Positions 50,101-63,179 of a stretch of DNA of 64,000 nucleotides are shown here, piece by piece (the first letter of the stretch is position 1; every line of letters begins with the position of its first letter). The position numbers were made by a program, and so were the translations under genes. The notes beneath the pieces were generated by a model. The model saw only the letters and a program-made list of their open reading frames with translations, did not search any database and had not been told where the DNA came from. Origin of the DNA: Hypanus sabinus (lineage: Eukaryota); the NCBI RefSeq assembly GCF_030144855.1, contig NC_082731.1, forward strand, positions 25,544,001-25,608,000. The letters are read 5' to 3'.

Positions 50101-50870
50101 GGGCTCTGGTTGAAACAGAGTCCATCACGAGACCGGACCTCACGGTGCGGCAACGTGATTTGCCTATTATGTGGTGGGTTCTTGCCACCGATGCGAAGGT
50201 AAGACAGGGGCGTGAACAGCAGTCATGCATACTGAATTGGAAGTGGTATATAAAGGAGCGGGCTGCTAAACGATCCGAAGGTGTATGCCGTCTTCATGAC
50301 CAAGCAGCCAGATTACCTATGATAGCTGGAACCAAGGAAGAAGGCCAGTTCCCCCTCTCGAGCCCTCCCCTATTCGATGGGCCGGCCGTACGAGGAAATT
50401 AACATCGGGTGAAAAGGCTACTACCTCGTTTTCGGATAGTTTGAGCCGTCGGGTGTCGGGACGCCAACGGTGGATGGCCGCTGCTCTGCGACCCCCAGAC
50501 GATAATCAGTTAATACACGCAGGAGAAGGCGGATCCAGTCAGCTGGCGGAACGTGTAACTGTTATCCTGCCCTTTTTCACTCCCCACCAAGGAAATTAGA
50601 ACATATACCGACTCGTGGACCGCGCCTAATAGAATGGCTATCTGGATTATGAGTTGGCAGATGCACCGGGGGACAGTTCATAATAAACCTATCTGGGGCA
50701 AGGAATATTGGCAAAATATATGGCCGGAAGCGCAAAGGCGCGACGTTCATGTGTATCATGTGAATGCTCACCAAAAGGACAATAGCCCTACGACGCTTCA
50801 CAATGATCAAGTAGACTGATTTCTCCTGTATCTGCTATTACAGTGCCTCCAGTTGGATGGGCCGACGAGC
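47170..50870 (+). mobile_element. Class III (ERV-L-like) endogenous retrovirus: gag-pro-RT-RNaseH, degenerate, truncated before integrase
   Basis: Gag GESLTDCLLPLWDDECASI; protease FVALVDT..SVIPGNPDKW; RT DQANAFFSI, LPQGYIRSPTLCHRIVPRDL, HYIGDVML (49523-49534), KEAQRFVGLLGY-like; RNase H YTDSW...KPIWGKEYW...HVYHVNAH...HNDQVD. Confidence 0.85.
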
Positions 50871-50949
50871 AATGCGGTTCACGTAGATATTTCCTTATAA
50901 TGAAAGTCTTAAAAAATAACTAGAGTTTGGCAGCTTTGAGCTTCTACCC

Positions 50950-52070
50950 ACTGGGACCTAGATGAATGCGCGAGCGAGTGTGGGAGGGTGTCACCTGATT
51001 GAAAGCTACCGAATGTTGAATGATCCAGATAGAGTAAATTCTGAGAGTTTGTTCGCTATGCTGGGGTACCAGGATCCAAAGGAAACGGCCTCAAAGAGCG
51101 GAATATCTGAGGAAAATTCTGCCACAGACTGCGGTGAAGCTCAGGTCATGCTTGTATTTAAGCTGGCAGTTGATTGTTTCCTGACTGGTCAGGACATCAA
51201 AGGATATAGCAAGAAAGCAGGTCTGTTGGTCTGAGTGTGATCCTTTGTCAGTCAGGATGAAATGGCGGAGCATACTTGCTGGGTTGAACGGACTAACTCT
51301 GCTCCCATGCCTTAAGGTTACTAATGCTTTGAAAAAGTCTGCCTTGGGAGATAGGTCAATAAGGCTTAGCCGCTCGACATTCACGATGAAAAAGTAAATT
51401 GGATTAGATATTGTCTTTGTGGGAGAAGCTAGAGATTGAACCTCCCTGAATGGCAGCCGTTAAGCAGTGGAGTGCCGCAGGGATCCGTGTTTGATCTGTT
51501 GCTGTTTCTCGTCTGCATCAATGATATAAATGATAATGTCGGTAAATGGATCACCATATTGGCAGATAACACCAAGGGTGAATGTGTGGTAGACAATTAG
51601 GAAGGCCATCGGAGCATGCAGAGTGGTTGGGCCGGCTGGAAAAAATGGGCCGAACATGGCAGATCAAAAGTAATGAAGACAAATGCGGTAGGAACAACTA
51701 TGCTGAGAACCACACAGTCAACGATATGGTACTGAGGAGTGCGATTGAACAAAGGGTTCTGGGAATATGGGAACATCGGTCTATGAATAATTGAATGTGG
51801 TATATCAGGTAGATGACAGCGTAAAGACAGCTTTCAGCACATTGGCCTTCATAAATCAAAATACTGAGCTTAGGAGATGGGATATTATGTTGGAGTTTTA
51901 AAAGACGCTGTTGAGACCTCATTTGGCGTTGTGTGCTGTTTCAGTCACGTGCCTAAAGGCTAGATGTAACTAAGTTTGAAAGAATACACAAAAACGTTGC
52001 AAGGTCAGGGCGACGTGAGTTATAAGGAAAAACTTATTATATTAAGACGCTTTTGCTTTTGCAACAGACG
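50950..52070 (+). mobile_element. CR1 fragments (3' end and RT)
   Basis: SGVPQGSVFDLLLF and LADNT (a KFADDT-like box); CR1-type 3' end. Confidence 0.7.
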
Positions 52071-53830
52071 ATAGTCAGTAGGTGCAGGAGGAGACCCTTC
52101 GAGCCAACAACGCCATTCACTGTGATCATGCTTAATCATCCACAATCAATACCCCGTTTCTGCCTTCTGCCCATTTCCCTTGACTCCGCTATCTTTAAGA
52201 ACTCCACCTAAATCTATCTTGAAAGCATCCAGAGAATTGGCCTCCAGAGTCTTCTGAGGCAGAGCATTCCTCACATCCACAACTCGCTGGGTGAAATATG
52301 TTTTTTTTCTGAACTTTGTTCTAAGTAGCCTACCCCTTATTCTTAAACTGGGATCCTCTGGTTCTGGACTCACCCAAAATCGCGAACATTTTTCCTGCAT
52401 CTTGCGAGTCCAATCCCTTAATAATCTTATTTGTTTCAATCAGATCCCCTCTCATCCTTCTAAATTCCAGTGTATAAAAGCCCAATCGCTCCAGTCTTTC
52501 GACATATGGAGTCCCGCCATCCCAGGAGTTAACCTTCTGAACCTACGCTGCACTCACTCAATAGCAAGAATCTCCTTCCTCAAATTTGGAGACCAAAATT
52601 GAACACAATATTTTAGGTGTCGTCTCACCAGAGCATTGTACAACTGCAAAACACTTATTTGATTCTATTCTCAGTTCGCCTCTTATGAAGGCCAACATGC
52701 CATTAGCATTCTTTACAGCCTATTGTACCAGCATTATTACTTTCAGTGACTGATGTGCAAGAACACCTAGATCCCGTTGTACTTCCCTTTTTCCTAACTT
52801 GACTACATTCACATAGTAATCTGCCTACCTGATCGTGCCACCAAAGTGGATAACCTCGCATTTATCCATATTAAACTGCATCTGCGCATCCATGCATCTG
52901 CGCACTCACCCAACCTGTCGAAGTCACCCTGCTTTCTCCTAACATCCTCCTCATATTTCACACTGCCACCCAGCTTTGTGTCACCTGAAAAGCTGCTAAT
53001 GCTCCTTTCAATCCCTTCATCTAAATCATTAATATTTATTGTAAATAGCTCCAGTCCGAGCACCGACCCTTGCGGTACCCCACTAGTCACTCCCTGCCAT
53101 TCACAAAAGGACAAGTTCATACCTACTCTTTGTTTCCTGTCTGCCAAGCAATTTTCTATCCATATTAGTACCCTACCCCGAATAAAAAGCGCTCTAATTT
53201 TGCCGACAAATCTCCCATGTGGTACCTTATCAAAGGCTTTCTGAAGGTCCAGGTACCTTGCATCAACTGGATCTCCCTTGTCCATTTCCATAGTTACATA
53301 CTCAAAAAAAATCCAGAAGATTAGTCAAGCATGATTTCCCCTTCCTAAATCCATACTGACACGGACCGATCCATTTACTGCTCTGCAAATGTGCTTCTAT
53401 TTGATCTTTTATAATTGATTCCAGCATCTTCCCCAGCACTGATGTCAGGCTAATTGGTCTATAATTCCCTGTTTTCTCTTTCCCTCCTTTCTTAAAAAAT
53501 GATATAACATTAGCTTCCCTTCAATCCTCTGGAACTGGTCCTGAATCTACAGAACATTGGAAAATGATTACCAACACATCCACGAATTCTAGCGCCACCT
53601 CCTTACCCTGGGATGTAGACTACCAGTCCCTGGAGATTTATCAGCCCTCCATCAATCTACTCAACACCATTTTGTGTCTGGTGTGAATTTCTTTCAGTTC
53701 CTCCGTTACCCTAGGTCCTCTGGCCACTGTTACATCTGGGAGATTGTCTATGTCTTCCCTATTGAAGACAGATCCAAAGTGCCTGATCAACTCATCTGCC
53801 ATTTCCTTGTTCCCCAGAATAAATTCACCC
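52070..53830 (-). mobile_element. CR1 LINE RT and 3' end
   Basis: YLDLQKAFDKVPHGR...SGVPQGSVLGLELF...FSGDTKLGG (52809-53291). Confidence 0.9.
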
Positions 53831-54379
53831 GTTTCTGACTTGGAACGTAGAAGATTGAGGGGTGATTTGGCGGACACACAGAAAATTATGATGGGGTTAC
53901 ACCGAGTAAGAGCAAACAGGGTCTTCCACTGAGGTTTGCTTATTCTTCAATTAGAGGTCACGGATTCAACCTGAATAATCAAAAAAATCTGAAAATAGTG
54001 GATATTTTTTGTTGAGTCAGAGATGCGTGACAGCGTGGAGCGAGCTGACAGTGCGACATCGATTTCAGAGTTCAACAGAAGTTTGAATAGGAAAATCGAT
54101 GGCAAGTTTACAGAGAACTATGGAACGAGTTCAAGGCGACCGGACTAAGGAATTCAAATTGCTCGTCACGGGTATCGCTCTCAAACTGAACTTTGGGAGA
54201 CATTTATCTTTGAAGGGAAGAAGACACAAAATGAACGGCAGAACATGATGCAGAGTGCATTGTATTAGATAAAAATGAGTGGGGAAAGGCAAAGGGCTCC
54301 GTGAAGGAAAGAAGGGAGTTGCTGGAATGAGAAGAGAAATGAAAATTAGCGTGTACCTCCTAGTGGCTACCGATTTTAA

Positions 54380-56060
54380 TTCCACTTTTCATTCCCTTTC
54401 CGAAATATCAGTCCACAGTCTCATCTGATTTTCCGATGAGACCAGCCTGATGTTCGGGGAACAACACTTTATATTCTGCCTAGTTTCACAGTGATGGCAT
54501 CATAATCGATTTCTCGAATTTCCAGTAATGACTACCCCCTACCCCACTTTTCTATCACTCCCTACTTCCTAACCTGCCCACCCTTTCCCTCTGGGGTTGC
54601 TCCTCCTTTTTTTTCTTTCATGGCCTTTTCTCCGTCCTAACAGATTCTGCCTTCTCCAGGCCCGTGTATCCTTAATCAGTTAGCTTCCTAGCACTTTGTT
54701 TCACCTCCCTTCCCGTTCCAGTTTTACCTATCACGTTGTGGGTCTTCCTTCCCTGCACCCACTTTCTTACTCTGACGATCTATTTTTTTCCAGACCTGAT
54801 GAAGGGTCTCGGCCCGAAACATCGACTGAGCTCATTTTCACAGATGTTGTCTGGCATGCTGAGTTCCTCCAGCATTTTCTGTGCGTTGCTTGGATTGCCA
54901 GCAACTGCAGATATTCTCTTGGTTGTGATTAGACGACTACGCTGTGAAGTCACTTGCACCGATGTCCATTGTGAAGAAGTTCACAAGTTACCTTAAACGG
55001 AAGTTCAGCGGACCTCTCTATCACTGCTCCCTTTCTGTACCACTTCTGACCTCCGAAACTTCGACAGCGTACTCACGCAGGCCTACTACCACAGCACCGT
55101 ATCCTACTGCGAACATCTTCGCTGCCAGCTTGTCTCAAATGTCTTCCAGCTCCCTTTACAAGCCTCTCGATTCGGAACCTCTGAGAACTCCAGATACTCA
55201 TATTCAATCGACTGCTTCTCCTCCTGTTTCCACTACCGCGTTCTGCGCACCACCCATTCCTCCATGAGGAGGTATCTGGAGTCAGTACGTCAGTCACATC
55301 CACAACTCTGAGATTCTCTCTCCGCCGACGACACTGGTCCACTCCGCTCCTTTGTCCAACGCCGGATCCAAGTTTTCAATCGCTGATTATCTGACTTTCT
55401 CACGTCCTGCATGGATCGATCGATTGCCCGTCTACACATTACAAAACTTGCAGTCACTTTTCCTGGCAAGCACGGACGTCTCCAGAATATGACCTCAGCT
55501 GCCGACCTCAACTATTTTAAGTATCCCGAGTAGATTCATAACATAGAATCCATCGCCATCAATGCAAATACCAAAGAAAATGGGCACATTCAATGTACCG
55601 ATGGCACAAGCTCCAAGTTGTGCTCCAACACCTCCGACACCTTCTTGACAGAGCAACTCCAGGCTGGGTCATTATGCGCTGCCGGTACATCCCACGTCTT
55701 CCCTTTCCCCGCCTCGGATCTGCATTCTATGTCTCGCAAGGTCCATCGCCAGATCTTGAGTCCTCAAAGATTCCATCTTCCACTGACCTTACCTTATCAT
55801 AACATCCCAAACCTCCACTTTGCTCTGACACTACCGACATCCATCCGCCACCAGATCCGAGGCGTCTCTTCACCATTCTCTCTGATCTTTCTGTAGCTGA
55901 GGCAAAATCTTCGTCCTCAATAAGGGTCTTACTCTTATACCCTCCGCACACACTTCTATTAGATCCGCTTCCGCCATGACGTTGCGGTTATTTTTCGTGT
56001 TACTCCTTGGGAAAGCAGGTAGAGTGACACGGAAACCCTTAATTCCTTGAACGTGATTCC
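54380..56060 (+). mobile_element. Penelope-like element: 3' end/pseudo-LTR followed by a decayed ORF 5' region
   Basis: Tail CCTGATGAAGGGTCTCGGCCCGAAACATCGAC at about 54796. The downstream frame CSLSV..LRNFDSVLTQAYYHS resembles the N-terminus of elasmobranch PLEs as I recall it. Confidence 0.6.
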
Positions 56061-57339
56061 GATGCCCCATTGGTGGATGCTACGGAAGACCATGAAGCGG
56101 GGTTATACTTTTCTGCTGGGGTTCTGGTGATGCCCGAACTGTAGTAGCACAGAGTGAATTTGAGTGCCAGGAACTCTTCGGAGATAGAGGTCACCATCTT
56201 GCGGGAATGCTAATAGTGCACCTCTTTTAGGTTACGGTAACGTCTAGTGTCCCTCAGAGACAAGCCGAGAAGAAACTCTATCTGGAAAAGGGAAAGCTGA
56301 CTGCGAGTCATTCAAACTTTGCGGAATAGCCAGTACCTGAAGGTTGCAAAAGCAGGTTGAAAGAGAAGATGCTGAGGTTGGATTTCTGTTGGATTGCTGA
56401 AGAGCTTGATGTGGCCTGCTCCAAGAGCACTCGACACAGAATCCGGGTGACAGAGGACATCCTGTTCAAAGATAAGTGGCAGGGATTAGCGCCTGCCGTG
56501 GTGCAAGACATTCGGCAGCATCCACGGAAGCTGAAGAAAACTGGGATCATCGGTGTGTCGAAGTCCCTATGCATCCCCAACAGTACTGGCTAGAGATGAT
56601 GTCTGGGGACTCTAGTATTCCGAACTGATTTGCAGTCTCCGACCAGTACACGGATTCAAAGGTTCCAAAGGTATAAATAATGTTAGACAAATACATGCAA
56701 TATGCATCCTGAATTTATTTTCTTCAGAACCATCCATGAAAGCGGAGGAGCGTCTCAAAGAAGACGATGCCAATTAACTGATGGATACCCAAAAACAAAC
56801 ATCACCCCCCAGCTCCACTCAAAACGGCAGAAAGCACCAATAAGTATAAAGACTTGCAGTACCCCAAGGAGTGCACGTTAAGCCGGTAATTTGACATACA
56901 CTAGGTTTAATTTCTCCATAATAAGGGAAAAATACGTCTGTGTTTCACAGCGAGAGGGGGAACATAACAAACAGCACGCTGATTTACAATCTTAAAAGTC
57001 AGTTGCGTTGTCTGTGACCAGACAACTCGGTTCACTCGGTGCACAGCCAGCAAGTTGCTTTCGATCTTCCTTCTCCCACGACACACTGATTTCCTGTCGA
57101 GTCACACTCGAGAGCCCCTGCCGCCAGAGCCACGAAGTCCTATTAACCTGAAAGCTTGCTTTGATAAGACCAGTCGTGAGACGCTGACAGCTAATTCCAT
57201 TCTCGCAAAGAACTGAATGCAACGTTTAGGGGAAGGAGGGATAGACAAGGGAGAGCGATTCCTGTGGAAAGCAGAAAGTGGGTGGGAGGGTTTGGAGGGA
57301 AAGATGGGATCGCAGACTAGGCGATTCCCTTGTCGATTC

Positions 57340-58020
57340 GTCCTTTCCCACTGATGCCCTCTTAGCAAGCGAAACAAATGTTATACTTACCCCTAAACCT
57401 CCTCCATTACTGCCATTCAGAACTCTAAACTGTTCGTTCCAGGCGATGCGACCCCTCACAGGTGACTCCGCTGGGGTCCAATACTTCTGCTGCGGCTTCT
57501 ACGAAATTGGTGAGACCAGACGTAGATTAGAATTTTGTTAAAAGAGAACCTACTATCCATCCGCCATATAACAAAAACATGATCTCCAGATGGCCAACCA
57601 TTTTATTGTAATTTAACTTCCCATTTTCATTCCTGTATTTCTATCAATTGCGTCAACCAATTGTGTAGGCTCCGACCTGAAGGCATGATCCTCGCTTGCT
57701 CTAACTTCCGGTAGTGTTCCTGCCCCATCTCCAGCACCATTTTCCACCATGTTTTCTCCCTCTCTCTTATCTTCTTAGCCGACCATCGATTCTTTCTGAT
57801 ACTCCTTCACTCTGTCTCTTTCACCTATCAACTTGGAACTTCCTTACAGTCGCCTAGTGTTTCTCTCTTCCCTCTTCACAACTTTCAAAGCTACCGTTCA
57901 TCTTTATTTCTCCAGTCCTGCCGGAAGGATTCTGCCCGAAATGTCGACAGTACTCTTTCCCATATATGCCTGGCCTGCTGAGTTCCTCCTGCAGTGTGTG
58001 TGTGTTGCTTGGAATGGATC
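57340..58020 (+). mobile_element. Penelope-like GIY-YIG endonuclease end and tail
   Basis: VQYFCCGFYEIGETRRRL, a decayed YIGETxR box; tail CCTGCCGGAAGGATTCTGCCCGAAATGTCGAC. Confidence 0.7.
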
Positions 58021-59218
58021 TAGTACAGCTGGAAGAAAGGCTTTAACAACAGGACGACCAATTTATTTCATAATGGTTGTCGTTAAGGCAACCATTCGTT
58101 ATTTGTTTAGGCTGGACGTGTTGTCCCTTTTATCCATGGAAGTAATTTGACATTTTAACAACATTTGCTTTGTTTTAAGAATGAAAGCATACATTCCAAG
58201 CTTAACAACAGGTTTACATTTTGCTGTAGAAGTCAGTGAAAACATTCGTAATATCTGCTACATTGAGCTGCTAGACAAATGTTCTATTACGAAGATAAGA
58301 TATAAATCCGTCCTTCTCAAATAATACTGATATTATAATAGTTCACTATAACCTAAAGAAATGATAGTTTCAGTTTACAACCTCAAAAAGCAATAGAAAA
58401 CCAGAGGGAATCACTAGCCGGCAGACAAAGTGAAATATTTTGACCGCTTTTATTGTCCTTTATTTTATTATGTTTGCAGCATACGTGATGAGGAACGAAC
58501 CCATGTTGATTAATCACACACACTATGACGCGGTAGGACCGTAAATGAAATCTCCAAAGTTACCAAAAACACAGCATTACCAATCCATCAGTGGAACATT
58601 ATACAACCACTCTACCATTCCTATCTGCAAATTAGAAACTCGTGGAGTTGCACAACCCAGAGACAGAGTCACGAGACCAGCTTGCCCATGCTGACAAGAT
58701 ATGGCTAGTCTAATCCTATTTGTTTGCCTTAACCACAAATCAGTTTCAAATCGGATGCAGTGTGTCTGATAAAATGTCTTTTAAACGTCTGAATTTTTAA
58801 CTGATCTACCACTTATTTAGATAGCTTGAATAAAGTAGTAATCGCCGTCTGTAAAAACTGAGTCCAGCTTATGATTTCTCCCACCCTGCATCCCCTTCAC
58901 AACATGAAGCTCTTCCTGATAAATATATAGTACTCCATTATTAGAGAAAGTATTCCACAATCTATGTCTGTCATAATATTGTAAACCTTGATAAAGTTGT
59001 TCATTAGCCTTCTTCGCGCCAATAAAAGTGTTCCAGCTTATAGTCAATTATTCACAGTTCTAAGTTCACAATAAATTAATAATCAAAGTTGCATATATGT
59101 CATCCATATAAATACACATATATTCAAAGACTTGCAGATATTTACAGTAAGATATAGGAATAATACACACAAAGGAAGTTTCACGCAAACGATTTGCAAA
59201 AGACAAACTACAAATAAG

Positions 59219-60111
59219 TGTCACCTTCCGGTCCATGCAGGCCGTCTGAAAACTTGTCTGAAACTTCGTCTGCAACCTCGTCTTCGACGTCTTAAGAATC
59301 CTCATCAAGTTAACACGCCGCAGTGAAACTAGAGCCTTGTCGCGTCCAGATAAGGAACAGTCTATCGTAGTCCTGTCCCTTTGTGTCCGAGACTACACTC
59401 GGTACGTCCAGCCGTTTGCCGCTACTTGACCAGGGATTTCTCTCTTCCTGTTCAATGTACTGTGTATAAGAAGACTACCAGCCCTATGCCCGGACCTCAA
59501 TGCTGGGTCTTGGCTCTATGTTCCATGTCTGAGAGTAGTCCCGGCCCGATGTTGTGTACCCAAAGAAGAATCCTGGCTCTGTGTTTCGTGTTCCAGTCCA
59601 GTCCGTGTCAAGCCTTTGTTTTCCAGTCTAGTCCAAGTCAAGACTTCGCGTTCCTGTCAGGTCTGTGTCAAAGCTTTGTGTTCCATTCCAGTCGAAGTCA
59701 AGGGTTCGTGTTCTCACTCCCAGACGAGATTCAAGTCCTATCCAAGACGCAGTCGAGTGTCCTAGCTTAGACCCAGTTTTCGAGTCCTAGTCAAGACCCA
59801 GGTTCCGAGTACCTGGTCAGGCGCTGGTTCGGAATTCTAGCGCAGGCTCCTGGTTCCAAGTTCCTCCTCTAGGTCCCGTGTTCAAAATACAAATACTAGC
59901 CCGGGACCTGTGTCCCTGTCTAGTCCAGGGGCTGTGTCCTTGTCCAGCGTTGTTTCTTCCCTCTCCTGCTTTGCTCTCTCCTGAGGATTTCCCTCTGATG
60001 AATCCTTGCCTCCCGACTTCCCTTGATTTCTTGATAACCTTTGTCCATCTCCTCGTACGTCAGTGCCTGTTTCTTGCATTTGGGTCTCTTCCCATCGCCG
60101 GCCTTATAACA
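59219..60111 (+). mobile_element. Solo LTR of the same family with perfect TSD
   Basis: TGTCACCTTCCGGTCCATG ... GCATTTGGGTCTCTTCCCATCGCCGGCCTTATAACA. 5-bp TSD ATAAG at 59214-59218 and 60112-60116. Confidence 0.88.
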
Positions 60112-61239
60112 ATAAGGAAACAGAACAATATAATAATACAGGATATAAAAGTACGAACGAATTACTTAAAATATACAGACAACCGATACACTAATACCGA
60201 AATAAATATGTGAAAAAACAACAGAAATATTATGATATCAGGAAGGAAATTGAAAGGTTGTCGGACATGAAAATGGAAATATACTCCAAATAGCAATATG
60301 TGCAATTGGTATCATCCCATCCAAATTTCAGTTTACAATGGCATTAAACAACTGTTCCTGCATAGAATGTTACGTACATCTTCAGGAAGCCACAATACTA
60401 AACACCAGTAGCGGAGACCAAATTGTCCTTGCAATTGTGAAAAAAAAACATGTTCTTGTCTATGCGGGGACCTCAGGTTCGCCAGGTTGTGCTGAGCAAA
60501 ACATAAAAATAAAACAGTCTTAGCAGAGTATTACATGAAATATAAGGACTGAGATAGGGCAATAGCACAGAGACAACCTAACGAATTATGCCTTGAGACA
60601 GTCTATGTAAAGGTGATTTGAAAATATTTCCCTTCACTGAAGCAAATAATTGAAACAGCAGAACTACTTTTGAAAGATGTAAACATGAACTTTCAATTAG
60701 ATATGTGCAGAAAATTAACGTAAATAAAGGCGCAATGGAACAAATGCAGTATTAAACGGAGCAGCAGGATATAATTGAGTATGGAGCACATACGTATCTG
60801 GGTATCAGCAAGCTAAGACAATATATCATAGTGGCATAGGGAAACAGTTCAATTGCTTTTACTTCAATGATTAATAAAATGTGGCACACAGATCTCAATA
60901 ATAAGAATATGACAAAAGCAGAAAAAAATCTCTTTGACTGGATGTGCATGGGTCCGGGTTGAAATGGTAAAGGGGAAAAAAGACTAAGCAGTTGGACAGG
61001 GACCAAAATATTCAGAGGAACTGACTGGACATTCTGTGAACGTGAATGGGACAGAAGGATAGTATGTTGACTCCCAAGTGTCAGAGATATCACGGATCTA
61101 GTCCACAATATTTTAAAGAGTGAAGGAGAGAGCCAGAATTTTAGTACATATTGTGACCAATGACATTGGAAGAAAAGGAAATGATATCCTGATATGAAAA
61201 TGAAAAACAATTGGCAGAAAGCTCCTAGTAAGTAATTTC

Positions 61240-61500
61240 TTGGCTTTTACCCGTGCCACGTACAGAGGATGTTAGAAACAGAATGATTTGTCAGATGTAT
61301 GCGTAGCTGAGGAGCTGGTACAGGGGCAGGGAATCAGATTCTTCTGTTATTAGGGTCTCTTTTGGGGGAGGTATGACCTGTATAAAAAGGGATGGGTTTA
61401 ATCTGAACCACAATGGGGCCAATATTCTCTCGGGCAGTTATGTCGGAGCTGTTGGGTAGGGTTTAAATAATTTAGTAAAGTTGCAGTAACGGAAGTGAAG
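61240..61500 (+). mobile_element. CR1 ORF1 esterase C-terminal fragment
   Basis: Decayed LRSWxRGQG.RF...LFWGRYDLYK..GxxLN, similar to ORF1 of the CR1 near 26200. Confidence 0.55.
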
Positions 61501-63179
61501 TCACTCATGATAAGACAGATAGTAAAATTAAGCCTGTAATCATACAGACGGGAGGGCTTGGCTTATGGTAGGACCAAATTTCTGCCAGCCAGGTGCGTAT
61601 CAGGGGATTAGGCATGCTAAATCAAAAAAGGTAGTAAATGCATCCCGGAAGCATAATATTTCACTGCACCGCACATAAGATATAAGATGGATTAACTTGC
61701 TGCACGATTGAAATTTTGAGACTTCAGCTCTGTCGTTGAAAAAGGGTATCCCTGAATCACGAAATACATTGCCCATGTTCTGGGTGCGGTCCGCAACTTC
61801 CATTAAAGTCAGTAGTCAGGGTCAAGTTTATTTCCACATGCTCAAGTACATGCTTGCACAGGTGCAAGGGGGAAAAAAGCTAGCTGAAGCAGCACACAGT
61901 ATCAAATAAACAACGTTCAAACAACGATACCAATTAAATACAAGAAGTAAAGTTTGTTTACAGCGCAAGGGAACAACAATTAACAAAGTAAATGTTATGA
62001 AGTAACGAAACGGCTGCACTGTTGCAAAACTGATGAACTGATTTGTGTATTGACAGTTGGTTCATGAACTTAATGTTTGATGGGAACACAAAATTACAAC
62101 TGCAGATGCTGTGGATCAAAGAATACGTACACAACGCAGGAAGAACTTAGAAGCTCAGGCAGCATCCGTGAGAAGAGAGCAGCCAACCTTTCGGGCCGAG
62201 AACCGGTTTGAAATGTTGCGACGCTTTTCTCACAGATGCTGCCTGACCTACTGAGTTCTTCCAGCGTAGTGTACGTATTCGTATGTTTGATGGGAGATAG
62301 CTGTTCTCTAACTTGCTGCTGCGAGACATCAGTAGTCGGTGCCTCCTGGGATAGTAAGTGAAAAAGGACGGCATATTTACGTGCCATTATAATCACGATG
62401 CCGTTAAGAATTGGTTCATTATCTCTGACACACACTGTTGCCACGAACACAAACAACATGCGAATATTGACAATGAATACGTTATGTGCCCTGGAGATGG
62501 CAACACACAGTCAGCAAAACAGAAGAAATCAAAAGGAAAATCGACAATATATAGGAAGATGAATGGTCAAAATCGATAAAAATGCACTGAGACAAACTAA
62601 AACAATAGACACCAAGGAAGACCACGAATTTGAAGTAAACAGTAGTATTCAAGAGGATCTCGACGAGTCGGACATCATTTGTAGAGGAAAAAATTCCAGG
62701 TTTCTGGTCGGATATTCCGGTATCAACACTCATTGTCCAGAGAAATCTGATAACATCAAGAGAACAATGTTCAAATTATGCAATTGTCAGTGAATGATTG
62801 AAGCAGTCGGGACTAATCAAATGACAAGTACCCGTGGCATAGTTACTCTTTCGGTCTATCGTACTTGTATCAACTTTTCATTGCATATTTGTGCCCCGAG
62901 TTTGACCAGGAAAGCGAATATCCTTCCTTTTCCAAGATTGAAAAGTTTAATATCATTCCCAGTACACAACAGCAAAACATAATAAAATGATTATTTTTTT
63001 CCTTATCAGATGAAGCAGAAAGTAAGCACAATAAGATAAAGAGCACAAGAAAAAAAAAAACAAATATAAAATAAACATATGATAGAATACTTACTTTGAT
63101 CGATAGTATGTGAATAAACTGAGACGAGATACGGGGGTGTCTGTACTTAAAGTTACTTTGATAGTAAAAGCACTAGTAG

